A stretch of 63,995 nucleotides of DNA, filler included, from Lama guanicoe (Eukaryota), in NCBI GenBank assembly GCA_013239625.1. It is 79 parts of 77 records of this genome, joined end to end, with 100 filler letters (N's around TTAATTAATTAA, not from the genome) between each part and the next. Parts side by side here need not be neighbours in the genome. Positions count along the whole stretch, not along the records: positions 1 to 909 come from PNXV01017929.1; positions 1,010 to 1,565 come from MU056019.1; positions 1,666 to 2,722 come from MU056021.1; positions 2,823 to 3,770 come from MU056022.1; positions 3,871 to 4,537 come from PNXV01017945.1; positions 4,638 to 5,141 come from MU056024.1; positions 5,242 to 5,811 come from PNXV01017948.1; positions 5,912 to 6,799 come from MU056026.1; 71 more parts are not named here. One strand, 5' to 3'. The notes under the pieces are model-generated. The model saw nothing but the letters and a program-made list of their open reading frames with translations, had not been told where the DNA came from and searched no databases. Positions 1 through 11,124 of this stretch are shown one piece after another. Positions within the stretch are counted from its first letter, which is position 1; each line of letters starts with the position of its first letter. The position numbers and the translations under genes were made by a program.

Positions 1-909
1 TCCACCAACGGTCGGCAGCGCGTGGGTTCCTACGGAATGCCTAAGCTCGCCTCCCCTGGGTTTTTTCCCATTGTCTCTGTGCCAGGGAATGCTAGGGGCG
101 TTTGCAGGCAAACCCAGTAACAGAAACTGCTTCACCAAGGACAGGGAAGTTATTTCTGAGAATTCCCCCTAACAGGGAACACTTGTGACTGAAGAGAGCT
201 GCGTGGAGTTGTCTCTCGAGGTCCCCCACGCACTGACAATGGTTCCGGAATCCTGAGCGTGGGGAGGTTCCACCAACAGTCGGCAGCGCGTGGGTTCTAA
301 TGGAATGACTAAGCTCGTCTCCCCTGGGTTTTTTCCTAATGTCTCTGTGCCAGGGAATGCTAGGGGGGATTGCAGGCAATCCCAGTGACAGAGGATGCCT
401 CCAGAAGTTCAGGGAAGCTATTTCTCGGACTTCCCCGTTCAGGGAACACCTGTGACTGAAAAGAGCTGCGTGGAGTTGTCTCTCGAGGTCCCCCACGCAC
501 TGACAATGGTTCCGGAATCCTGAGAATGGGGAGGTTCCACCAATGTTCGGCAGCGCGTGGGTTCTAACGGAATGCCTAAGCTCGACTCCCCTGGGTTTTT
601 TCTTAATGTCTCTGTGCCAGGGAATGCTAGGGGGGATGGCAGGCAATCCCAGTGACAGAGGAAAGTTCAGGGAAGGTATTTCTCGGACTTCCCCGTTCAT
701 AGAACACCTGTGACTCAAGAGAGCTGCGTGGAGTTGTCTCTCGAGCTCCCCCACGCACTGACAATGTTTCCGGAATCCTGAGCGTGGAAAGTTCCACCAA
801 CGGTCGGCATTGCGTGCGTTCCAACGGAACACCTGAGCTCGTCTCCCCTGAGGATTTTCTGAATGTCTCTGTGCCAGGGAATGCTAGGGGAGTTTGCAGG
901 AAATCCCAG
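1..909 (-). repeat. GC-rich ~267-bp satellite (family A), ~3.4 monomers, reverse orientation relative to 8199-9361
   Basis: Motif TCCACCAA(C/T) recurs at 1, 269, 536 and 793 (periods 268, 267, 257). TTCCGGAA and CTCGAG occur in each monomer. Confidence 0.95.
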
Positions 910-1009
910 NNNNNNNNNNNNNNNNNNNNNNNNNNNNNNNNNNNNNNNNNNNNTTAATTAATTAANNNNNNNNNNNNNNNNNNNNNNNNNNNNNNNNNNN
1001 NNNNNNNNN
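910..1009. other. Artificial scaffold-joining linker (44 N + TTAATTAATTAA + 44 N); first of 78 in the window, the last centred at 63492-63503
   Basis: Identical 100-bp block between unrelated fragments. The palindromic 12-mer puts TAA stops in all six frames and explains the many ORFs ending in 'LIN' or 'N' after X runs. Confidence 0.98.
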
Positions 1010-1084
1010 TAAAACTCAGCCATGGAAATGTATAACACATTGCTATTTCAGTATCCTGGATGGACCAAGTAAAAATGTGCTTAA

Positions 1085-1302
1085 AGGAGTAACTTAGACA
1101 AAGACAAATGTATATAATATTATTTATATGTGGAAACTAAAGAATAACAAAAATATTTGTACAAATATCTATAGCTATCTATTGATTGATGACAGAATAA
1201 TAGATAGAAGGATAATACATGATAGATAGANNNNNNNNNNNNNNNNNNNNNNNNNNNNNNNNNNNNNNNNNNNNNNNNNNNNNNNNNNNNNNNNNNNNNN
1301 NN

Positions 1303-1338
<36 letters not shown>

Positions 1339-1565
1339 AACATGTTGTAGAGGTAAAGAGATTAGATAGACAAGACTTAAGCAGACTCAAAGATATGGGA
1401 AAAAATTTCTGTTTACCAAAGTGGAAGGGAAAGAGATTTTAATGGAAGAATATTGACAGATAGAAATTAGTATATATAAAGGAGAGAAGCAACATTGATT
1501 ATCTGTATAGATCATTGAATTATACACAATATCTTAAAATAATTGTTTGTTACAATTATTGTAAT
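1085..1565 (+). mobile_element. Degenerate L1 3' end interrupted by a (GATA)n microsatellite at ~1200-1338
   Basis: AGACAAAGACAAATG...TTTATATGTGGAAACTAAA resembles the L1 ORF2-end/3'UTR junction. The GATA run flanks an N gap. Confidence 0.65.
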
Positions 1566-2822
1566 NNNNNNNNNNNNNNNNNNNNNNNNNNNNNNNNNNN
1601 NNNNNNNNNTTAATTAATTAANNNNNNNNNNNNNNNNNNNNNNNNNNNNNNNNNNNNNNNNNNNNTCTAGTGGAAGGTCATCGTTTCTTTGTGTGAGCTA
1701 TGTATTCAATTCCTGTCTATATTGGTCGGGACTCTTGGACCTTTAAGGATTTCACTGTTGTTCCCACAGTGTGAAGCTGGAGGAACTCTGATTCTAGGAG
1801 GGGCTTGCTCTTCTAGTACTGGCTTCATTGCAGCTCAGGTACTGATCCTTCCAAATGGATGCTTGAGTGCAGGGGAGGGAAGAGCAAGTGCTTGATAGCT
1901 AGGCCCAAACCTGGGGAAAAAGCTTACCTGGGCTTGGTGCATTTTGGTCCGAATGGCTTGGAAATTCCCCTTGGGACGTGTGGATTCTCAAGAGCTCTTT
2001 CAAGAACATGAGCGTTATTATCATCTCTGCCATCTCTTCTCTTTTAGACGTCAGGGATCTTGGACCCGTTCTCGGAAAAGAGGATTGAGTAACTTCCCCA
2101 AGTCCACGTTGGCACTCCGTATGTTTCTGCCAGTATCCGCGAGGTTCACTATGTCTCATGAATGTCTTTCGAGCCTGGTATCCTGTACAGCTGTCTCCAT
2201 GCCAGTATTCTCCATTGCAGCAGAACAACCCTCATCAATGTGTTCGCATCTCTCCTCAATCCGTGCAGCCAGCTTTTTGGCCAGCTTCTCTTCGTGTCTC
2301 CCATAACGTCGACTTCGACAGGACTGGGCAAGTATGAGAGTACTTCGGGGCCTCACCAGTAAGCTGATGACAGGCAGATCTTCCACTGTCTGCCCTCTCA
2401 GGTTCTGGAAACTGACCCGTGAACTCAGGTCTTTGGGCAGCAGCAGTATCTCGAACTTACACAGCTTCCCGAACCAAAGACCTAAGCCAAGCTCCACAGA
2501 GGGCGGCAGCCCNNNNNNNNNNNNNNNNNNNNNNNNNNNNNNNNNNNNNNNNNNNNNNNNNNNNNNNNNNNNNNNNNNNNNNNNNNNNNNNNNNNNNNNN
2601 NNNNCAAGCGGTAAATCCCCAATGGTGGCTGCATGTTGTCAGTGTTGGGGGAGGGCTTGCATCCTACAAGAGGTTACTAAGGAAAATGTGATTCTATCCA
2701 CTAGCGTCCAATGGGCCTTTTTNNNNNNNNNNNNNNNNNNNNNNNNNNNNNNNNNNNNNNNNNNNNTTAATTAATTAANNNNNNNNNNNNNNNNNNNNNN
2801 NNNNNNNNNNNNNNNNNNNNNN

Positions 2823-3770
2823 TGAAAGTGTGTTTCTTGAAACTTGTGATAGGAAGAAGCTCCGAAGTCCATGTAAGTATTTCAAAGTGCATACGTAAAT
2901 TGTTTGGTGTTTGAAACATCTTTCAGGCGCATGTTCACAGCTCAGAAATGCATGTTTGAGGAATCCGTGAGAATGAAACATGTTCAGTATACGGAATGCC
3001 ATGGTTAGGTAAATAATGTAAGTTACATGTGTTTTGGTGAGAATCGCTCAAAGAGTGTTTTCTGGGGCCAAATCTCCGATTTTAGAACCTGGTGATAAAA
3101 AAAGCTATGAATTAAGAGTAAATATATCTAAGTGCATATATGCCTTGTTTGGTGATTGAAAGGTCAGTAATCCAAATTCTCACAACTCAGAAACTCATGT
3201 TTCTCGAATCCGTCATGCATGTATCATGTACGGAACCCGGGATGCCATGTTGATGGAATTCATGTAAATTATATATCTATTAGGTGGAAAATGCTCCAGA
3301 AGTGTTCTTCTGTGAAAAATGCACAAATTAGAAACCGGTGTTAGGGAAAACTTGTGAAAATGTGTACACGAGTCTATATGAAAATATTTCTTTTATTCAG
3401 GATGAAAAATCAGTAATACAGATGCTCTCAACTCAGGAATGCATGTTTGTCGAATCCGTCATGCATGTAGCATGTACGGAACACCGAAAACCATGTTGAA
3501 AGAATCTATTCAAATTACATATCTCTAGGGTAGAATTCGCTCCAAGAGNNNNNNNNNNNNNNNNNNNNNNNNNNNNNNNNNNNNNNNNNNNNNNNNCAAA
3601 GAAGTCCAAGTAAATATTTCAAAGTGCATAGGTAACTCGTTTGGTGTTTGAAATATCTGTCATGCGCATGTTCACAACTCAAAAATTCATGTTTGAGTAA
3701 TCTGTGACACATGAAACATGCTCGGAATACGGAATGCCATGTTTATGTAAACAATGTAAATTACATTTGT
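2823..3770 (+). repeat. Diverged ~246-bp satellite (family B), ~4 monomers
   Basis: CTCA(G/A)..A..CATGTTT...AATC.GT motif at 2941, 3186, 3432 and 3678 (periods 245, 246, 246). Confidence 0.88.
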
Positions 3771-4637
3771 NNNNNNNNNNNNNNNNNNNNNNNNNNNNNN
3801 NNNNNNNNNNNNNNTTAATTAATTAANNNNNNNNNNNNNNNNNNNNNNNNNNNNNNNNNNNNNNNNNNNNTGCGCTGAGGCAGTATTTGTTAATAAGGCC
3901 CTTTCCTCATCTCTTCTGAACCTCCGTTTCTTTCTCTGCACAATGATGGCTTAGACTAGATAAGTACTTTTCAGTTTCTTTTAAAGCCAACTTTCCTTTG
4001 AGAAACAGAAAATGCAAATCTCTCCTCTCAACCTAACCCTTTCGATTTTGATAAGTCCTCCAAGGAGTGACTAGCTCTTTGTGGAAAATTGATGTGACTG
4101 TGATTCCAGGTGACACAGAAAAGACTCTTCAGAGATTTATTGCAGGGAGAGGGCAGGAAAGGGGCAGTATGTCACACTTTCTAGTGTGAGCACTGGAGCA
4201 GGGGCTTGGATTTAAATACGGTGTCTGACGTGAGATAAACTTTTCTACCTCAGTTTCTTGATGTGTCAAGTTGGGGTGATAATATTTTAAGGCATTTGTG
4301 AAACATTATACACAGAAGATATTTGTGTCTTGGTAGAAACAAGACCTGCTAGGGATTCAGGGATTTGTTTAAAAAAAAATTCTTGTCCATAGCACTCTGT
4401 GTGTATTTTGAAGTTCCGGGAGGGTGAGTCTAAAGTCCATCGTGGGACAGGTGGCCCATTGTTCTCCGTGCCCCAGTTTACTCCCTAGTCCCCAGTCCTC
4501 TTCCTCAGTCCAGGATGAATTTCCCTAGTAGATTTACNNNNNNNNNNNNNNNNNNNNNNNNNNNNNNNNNNNNNNNNNNNNTTAATTAATTAANNNNNNN
4601 NNNNNNNNNNNNNNNNNNNNNNNNNNNNNNNNNNNNN

Positions 4638-5141
4638 CTGCCGACCGTTGTTGCAACCTCCCCACGCTCAGGATTCCGGAACCATTATCATTGAGTGGGG
4701 AAGCTCGAGAGACATCTCCACGCAGCTCTCTTCAGTCACAGGTGTTCCCTGCACGGGAAAGTGCGAGAAAAAACTTCCCTGACCTTGGGAAAACAGCCTC
4801 TTTCACTGGGATTTCCTGCAACACCCCCTAGCATTCCCTGGCACAGAGACATGAGGAAAACCCTCAGGGGAGACGAGCACAGGCATTCCCTTAGAACCCA
4901 CGCGCTGCCGATCGTTGGTGGAACCTCCCNNNNNNNNNNNNNNNNNNNNNNNNNNNNNNNNNATTGTCATTGGGTGGGGGAGCTCGAGAGACATCTCCAC
5001 GCAGCTCTCTTCAGTCACAGGTGTTCCCTGCTCGGGGAAGTCCGAGAAATACCTTCCCTGACCTTGGGGATGCAGCCTCTCTCAGTGGGATATCCTGCAA
5101 CCCCCCCTAGCACTCCCTGGCACAGAGACATGAGGAAAACA
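4638..5141 (+). repeat. Family A ~267-bp satellite
   Basis: Same monomer motifs (GCAGCTCTCTTCAGTCACAGGTGTTCCCTG twice; CCTAGCATTCCCTGGCACAGAGACA). Confidence 0.93.
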
Positions 5142-5911
5142 NNNNNNNNNNNNNNNNNNNNNNNNNNNNNNNNNNNNNNNNNNNNTTAATTAATTAANNN
5201 NNNNNNNNNNNNNNNNNNNNNNNNNNNNNNNNNNNNNNNNNCTGCCCAGCCCCCCACTCAGCCCTGGGGTGAGCTTCGGCCCCGGATTTTATCAGGGTCC
5301 ACGGCTCCAGATCAGAAAGCCTGTCTCTCCGAAGCCTTTCAGGTGCAGTCGCAAAAACCCTGGTCACGAGAGGGCATCTGATTGCTCTCCCGCCGGCAGG
5401 CTTGTCTGGGGACCCGTCCAGCCCTGCGCCCCCGCCGGGCATCACTCAGGCCGCGCTGAGGACAGCTCCCCGCCGACTCCCTCAGGAAGAGACTTCTTGG
5501 TTCTGCAGTCCTGCACTCAGCAAAGCTCATGCCACCTTGATCTTTGAAACCCTGGGGACCCCAGGGCAGGGGCAGCATGGTCAGCATGAACCGGGGCCTC
5601 CCAGCAGACCAGGCATCGCGCTGGCTCCTTCCCTGCCTTGTGTCCTGTGACGCTTCGCTGACCAGAAGCACGTCTGGGCGGCCGTACGTGGTGTCCAGGC
5701 CCCCGTCTCCAGGCACTGAGTCTGTGCTCTCTGCTCACAGCATGGGCCCTTCTACACCCGCGTCCCTGGAGTCCGGCGGGCTCCACGTGTCTGTCAGAGG
5801 TCCCGCCGAGANNNNNNNNNNNNNNNNNNNNNNNNNNNNNNNNNNNNNNNNNNNNTTAATTAATTAANNNNNNNNNNNNNNNNNNNNNNNNNNNNNNNNN
5901 NNNNNNNNNNN

Positions 5912-6799
5912 ATTTTATCTATCTAATGCCTATTTAGGAATATAACTTAGGAAAAAAAAGAAAAAAGAAAAAAAGAAAAAAGAGAAAAGAATAAGAGAGA
6001 GAGAGAAAGATTTTTAAAAGAAGGGGAAAGAGGGTTTGAAAACAATGTATAATGAATAATAGAAGAGCGGGTTGAAGCAGAGTATTAATCGCGTGGAGAC
6101 GTCCTTTTAAATCCTTTAAAAAAAAAAGGGGATGGGGAGATGAATATATGTGTTTGAAGCCTGTGTCTAAGCAATAACAGGACATCAAAACCCAAGAGAA
6201 ATAGAAATGAATTAAGAAGTAAAAATTAAGAGAGTAATTGAAAATAGAACAGGTAAAAACAGATTAAAAAAAACAAAATAAAAAACAAAAAAACAAAAAA
6301 ACCAAACAAAACTAAACAAAAAAAAAGGGGGGTTGTCAGTGTTCTCCTGGAGTGTGTGTGCTTTTAATGTGAAGTCCTTCTGTCTTCGTCCTGTTTTGGA
6401 AGCTCAGCTTGTTTTCATAGGCCCTCCGTTGGCGCCCTCTTCTGTGCTGCTCCCAGCACCTGTCGGCAAGCAGATNNNNNNNNNNNNNNNNNNNNNNNNN
6501 NNNNNNNNNNNNNNNNNNNNNNNNNNNNNNNNNNNNNNNNNNNNNNNTCAGATGTTGCAGACTGGCCAGGCAGGAGAGCGGGTCGTGCCCCCTCCCAGCC
6601 CCTCGGTCAGGGGTTGTGTTCCTGCCCGACAGGCGGGGGGCCGCTCTCCCCATGCCTGCGCCGCCGGTAGCTCCGCTGCTCTGTGTGGCTGCGCGCTCTG
6701 CGCTGGCGCTCCGCCCTGGTCGGCGCTCCGCCCTGGTCGGCGCTCCGCCCTCGGCGCTCCGCGGGTGGGCTCGGGGAAGACCGAGGGGCAGCCTCGTCC
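5912..6799 (-). mobile_element. Putative LINE-1 5'UTR (CpG-rich promoter part followed by a T-rich tract)
   Basis: Reverse-complement homologue of 36627-37338. A CpG island followed by a long poly-T/pyrimidine tract is typical of laurasiatherian L1 5'UTRs (family assignment is inference). Confidence 0.7.
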
Positions 6800-8198
6800 N
6801 NNNNNNNNNNNNNNNNNNNNNNNNNNNNNNNNNNNNNNNNNNNTTAATTAATTAANNNNNNNNNNNNNNNNNNNNNNNNNNNNNNNNNNNNNNNNNNNNG
6901 ATATTTTTAGACACAGAAGACCAGGTTCTAACTCAGAATTAAGTTTCCTAATCACTGATCACCTTCACCGTCCTCTCCACCTGTGTCCTCTAGGGGTAAC
7001 TGTGTTTATATTAAGGTTTATCAAGTTACATCAGTTGACACATTAAATTTTTTCTTTTTTTCTTAGAATAGCCCAATAAAGAATAAATTTGTACTCAGAA
7101 AACCACCTTGGACTTTTAGGAAGCAAATCTTTAAAAGATGGACAGGACTTTCTATAACTGAATTTTTTTATACATACAAGAGCTGGATAGGGCAAAAGGA
7201 CATATTTGGAGAGAAATGCAGTATAAAGGGGGTATTCATGAGCAGGGTTTAGGATGTTAGCTTTATGGAGAGTAGACAGAACCTGTAGAAAGGCTTATTT
7301 TTACCTTGTAGGTTTATCTAAGGTAACAGTTTGCAATATTGCTCTGTAATCTTTTACTCCTTAAATTATTCTCTCTTCCTTCCATCCAATTCAGGGAAGA
7401 GGTATGAAAAAGCAGAAAGTAGGAAGAGCTTGCTCATCTTTTGGGCTTTTTAATTATTAGCTTATCTGTTTGATTTTCAAAAGCCCCACAGAGAAGAGAG
7501 CAATGGCAGATTGNNNNNNNNNNNNNNNNNNNNNNNNNNNNNNNNNNNNNNNNNNNNNNNNNNNNNNNNNNNNNNNNNNNNNNNNNNNNNNNNNNNNNNN
7601 NNNNNNNNNNNNNNNNNNNNNNNNNNNNNNNNNNNNNNNNNNNNNNNNNNNNNNNNNNNNNNNNNNNNNNNNNNNNNNNNNNNNNNNNNNNNNNNNNNNN
7701 NNNNNNNNNNNNNNNNNNNNNNNNNNNNNNNNNNNNNNNNNNNNNNNNNNNNNNNNNNNNNNNNNNNNNNNNNNNNNNNNNNNNNNNNNNNNNNNNNNNN
7801 NNNNNNNNNNNNNNNNTATGGGTGAGCTTGAGGATCAGAGAGTTCCCACTCCTGAATCCCAAGGCACCCTCCAAGGCCCCAGAAGGAGACGGAGAACTAT
7901 GAATGGGACTGAGCTTGTTTCCCACTACCTTTGTGTGTAAGGTGAGTCTCGATAAAAATTAAGTTGTGTTTTATTCTGCACAGGATTGTCTGCTTGTGGT
8001 TTAATTGAATTTCTTGGCTAAGCATCATAACTGTTAATAGGGTCAAAACGAACAAGGACTCTAAATTTGGGTTGAGGATACAAGGAGTGGTGTTGACANN
8101 NNNNNNNNNNNNNNNNNNNNNNNNNNNNNNNNNNNNNNNNNNTTAATTAATTAANNNNNNNNNNNNNNNNNNNNNNNNNNNNNNNNNNNNNNNNNNNN

Positions 8199-9361
8199 GG
8201 GATATCCTGCAAACCCCCCTAGCATTCCCTGGCACAGGGATATTAGGGAAACCCACAGGGGAGACGAGCTTATGCTTTCCGTTAGAACCCATGCGCTGCC
8301 GACCGTTGGTGGAACCTCCCCACGCTCAGGATTCCGGAACAATTGTGAGTGCGTGGGGGAGCTCGTGAGACAACTCCACGCAGCTCTCTTCAGTCATAGG
8401 TGTTCCCTGTTCGGGGAAGTCCGAGAAATAGCTTCCCTGACCTTGGGGAGGCAGCCTCTGTCACTGGGATATCCTGCAAACCCCCCTAGCATTCCCTGGC
8501 ACAGGGATATTAGGGAAACCCACAGGGGAGACGAGCTTATGCTTTCCGTTAGAACCCACGCGCTGCCGACCTTTGGTGGAACCTCCCCATGATCAGGATT
8601 CCGGAACAATTGTGAGTGCGTGGGGGAGCTCGTGAGACAACTCCACGCAGCTCTCTTCAGTCATAGGTGTTCCCTGTTCGGGGAAGTCCGAGAAATAGCT
8701 TCCCTGACCTTGGGGNNNNNNNNNNNNNNNNNNNNNNNNNNNNNNNNNNNNNNNNNNNNNNNNNNNNNNNNNNNNNNNNNNNNNNNNNNNNNNNNNNNNN
8801 NNNNNNNNNNNNNNNNNNNNNNNNNNNNNNNNNNNNNNNNNNNNNNNNNNNNNNNNNNNNNNNNNNNNNNNNNNNNNNNNNNNNNNNNNNNNNNNNNNNN
8901 NNNNNNNNNNNNNNNNNNNNNNNNNNNNNNNNNNNNNNNNNNNNNNNNNNNNNNNNNNNNNNNNNNNNNNNNNNNNNNNNNNNNNNNNNNNNNNNNNNNN
9001 NNNNNNNNNNNNNNNNNNNNNNNNNNNNNNNNNNNNNNNNNNNNNNNNNNNNNNNNNNNNNNNNNNNNNNNNNNNNNNNNNNNNNNNNNNNNNNNNNNNN
9101 NNNNNNNNNNNNNNNNNNTTCCGGAACCATTGTCAGTGCGTGGGGGAACTCGAGAGACAAGTCCACGCAACTCTCGTCAGTCACAGGTGTTCCCTGTTCG
9201 GGGAAGTCCGAGAAATTCCTTCCCTGAACTTGGGGAGGCAGCCTCTGTCACTGGGATATCCTGCTAACCACCCTAGAATTCCCTGGCACAGAGATATTAG
9301 GAAAACCCACAAGGGAGACGAGCTTATGCTTTCCGTTAGAACCCACGCGCTGCCGACCGTT
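8199..9361 (+). repeat. Family A 267-bp satellite, highly homogeneous subfamily
   Basis: Adjacent monomers starting at 8199 and 8466 are exactly 267 bp apart and differ at only a few bases. Confidence 0.96.
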
Positions 9362-9636
9362 NNNNNNNNNNNNNNNNNNNNNNNNNNNNNNNNNNNNNNN
9401 NNNNNTTAATTAATTAANNNNNNNNNNNNNNNNNNNNNNNNNNNNNNNNNNNNNNNNNNNNGAGTAAATTACTTGGAAACTCACTGTCCTGAAGTCTGGA
9501 TTGTTGACTATTGTTGACATTGCCTTTATTTTATGTAATTAATTTTTGCCTCTATAGTTATAATATGCTTATATTAATGAAAAGGAATTTCTAGATTATG
9601 TATCACTCTTGATGGATGCAAATGATATTTTTTCCT

Positions 9637-10243
9637 TTTTTTTACATTTTTTGTTGATTCATAATCATTTTACAGTGTTGTGTCAAATTCCAGTGTTCAG
9701 CACAATTTTTCAGTCATTCATGGACATATACACACTCATTGTCACATTTTTTTCTCTGTTATTTATCATAACATTTTGTGTATATTTCCCTGTGNNNNNN
9801 NNNNNNNNNNNNNNNNNNNNNNNNNNNNNNNNNNNNNNNNNNNNNNNNNNNNNNNNNNNNNNNNNNNNNNNNNNNNNNNNNNNNNNNNNNNNNNNNNNNN
9901 NNNNNNNNNNNNNNNNNNNNNNNNNNNNNNNNNNNNNNNNNNNNNNNNNNNNNNNNNNNNNNNNNNNNNNNNNNNNNNNNNNNNNNNNNNNNNNNNNNNN
10001 NNNNNNNNNNNNNNNNNNNNNNNNNNNNNNNNNNNNNNNNNNNNNNNNNNNNNNNCTAGGAGCATCCATGTTGCTGCAAATGGCATTATGTTGTCGGTTT
10101 TTATGGCTGAGTAGTATTCCATTGTATAAATATACCACATCTTCTTTATCCAGTCACCTGTTGATGGACATTTAGGTTGTTTCCATGTTTTGACTATTGT
10201 AAATAGTGCTGCTATGAACATTGGTGTGCAGGTGTCATCCTGA
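9637..10243 (-). mobile_element. 5'-truncated L1 insertion with poly(A) tail and 13-bp target-site duplication
   Basis: ORF2 C-terminus MFIAALFTIVKTWKQPKCPSTGDWIKKMWYIYTMEYYSAIK. Flanks are GATATTTTTTCCT (9624-9636) and GATATTGTTTCTT (10244-10256), the latter followed by AA (endonuclease-type TCTT/AA). Confidence 0.9.
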
Positions 10244-10438
10244 GATATTGTTTCTTAATACAGAAAATATTCTCAATTATCTGTAGATATTGTCATTGGA
10301 TTGATGAACTAGCCTACTCCCTCTTAACTGGTTAAAGGNNNNNNNNNNNNNNNNNNNNNNNNNNNNNNNNNNNNNNNNNNNNTTAATTAATTAANNNNNN
10401 NNNNNNNNNNNNNNNNNNNNNNNNNNNNNNNNNNNNNN

Positions 10439-11124
10439 GAAACTTTGTGTTCTCAACAAGCTAGGTGAAGGACGGCTTTCACACATGTCTAACTCTCAAC
10501 ATTGAACATGTGGAGAGACGTTCATTCATCTAGCACAAAGGGAACAGTTTGTAGGGAAACAGTTACTCTGTTTCTCAGTCTGTTTCCTAGTGCCGGATTG
10601 AAGTTCCTGCAGTTTTCACTGTAAATCGGAGTTGGAGATTGTACCTAGCCATATATATGTATGGAGTGGAGTTTGCAACTGAAGAGAACCTTTGTGTTCC
10701 CAACAAGCTCGGTGAAGGANNNNNNNNNNNNNNNNNNNNNNNNNNNNNNNNNNNNNNNNNNNNNNNNNNNNNNNNNNNNNNNNNNNNNNNNNNNNNNNNN
10801 NAAACACTTACTCTGGATTCTCAGTCCCTTTCCTAGTGCCCGACTGAAGTTCCTGCAGTTTTCACTGTAAAACCGACTTGGAGCTTGTACCTCGCCATAT
10901 ATATAGTTATGGAGTGGGGTCTGCAACTGAAGAGAAACTTTGTGTTCCCAACAAGCTAGTTGAAGGACGGCTTTCACACATGCTTAACACTCAAAACTGA
11001 GCATGTGGAGAGACGTTCGTTCATCTAGCACAAAGGTAACAGGTTGCAGGTGAAACACTTACTCTGGTTTCTCAGTCTGATTCCTAGTTCCGCTTTGATG
11101 TTCCTGCAGTTTTTACTGTAAAAC
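10439..11124 (+). repeat. ~247-bp satellite (family C), ~2.8 monomers, one CTGCAG (PstI) site per monomer
   Basis: TTTGTGTTC.CAACAAGCT at 10444, 10691 and 10939 (periods 247, 248). Confidence 0.92.

Noticed and set aside
812..830. CENP-B-box-like string in family A (minus strand TTCCGTTGGAACGCA; consensus TTCCGTTAGAACCCA)
   Set aside because: It lacks the required TTCG....A..CGGG core, so the resemblance is only partial.
92..832. 246-aa ORF with 89-aa repeats (ELERQLHAALFSHRCSL...) and similar ORFs in other family A scaffolds
   Set aside because: The 267-bp monomer is divisible by 3 and GC-rich, so an open frame propagates by chance. Other monomers are frameshifted, and the peptide resembles no domain I know.
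954..965. Regularly recurring palindrome TTAATTAATTAA separating unique 'spacers' (superficially CRISPR-like or cassette-like)
   Set aside because: It is always centred in exactly 44+44 N and stops all six frames. It is an assembly concatenation linker, not biology.
5242..5811. Cluster of overlapping ORFs in a GC-rich scaffold (similar clusters at 6.3-6.8, 17.6-18.2, 36.6-37.2 and 63.5-64 kb)
   Set aside because: High GC suppresses stop codons, and there is no recognisable protein similarity.
7434..7940. Long ORFs spanning N runs (many across the window)
   Set aside because: Their length comes from untranslatable N gaps.
10670..10695. Possible homology between family A and family C through the shared TCTCTTCAGT motif
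   Set aside because: Only ~10 bp match and I could not extend the alignment by eye.
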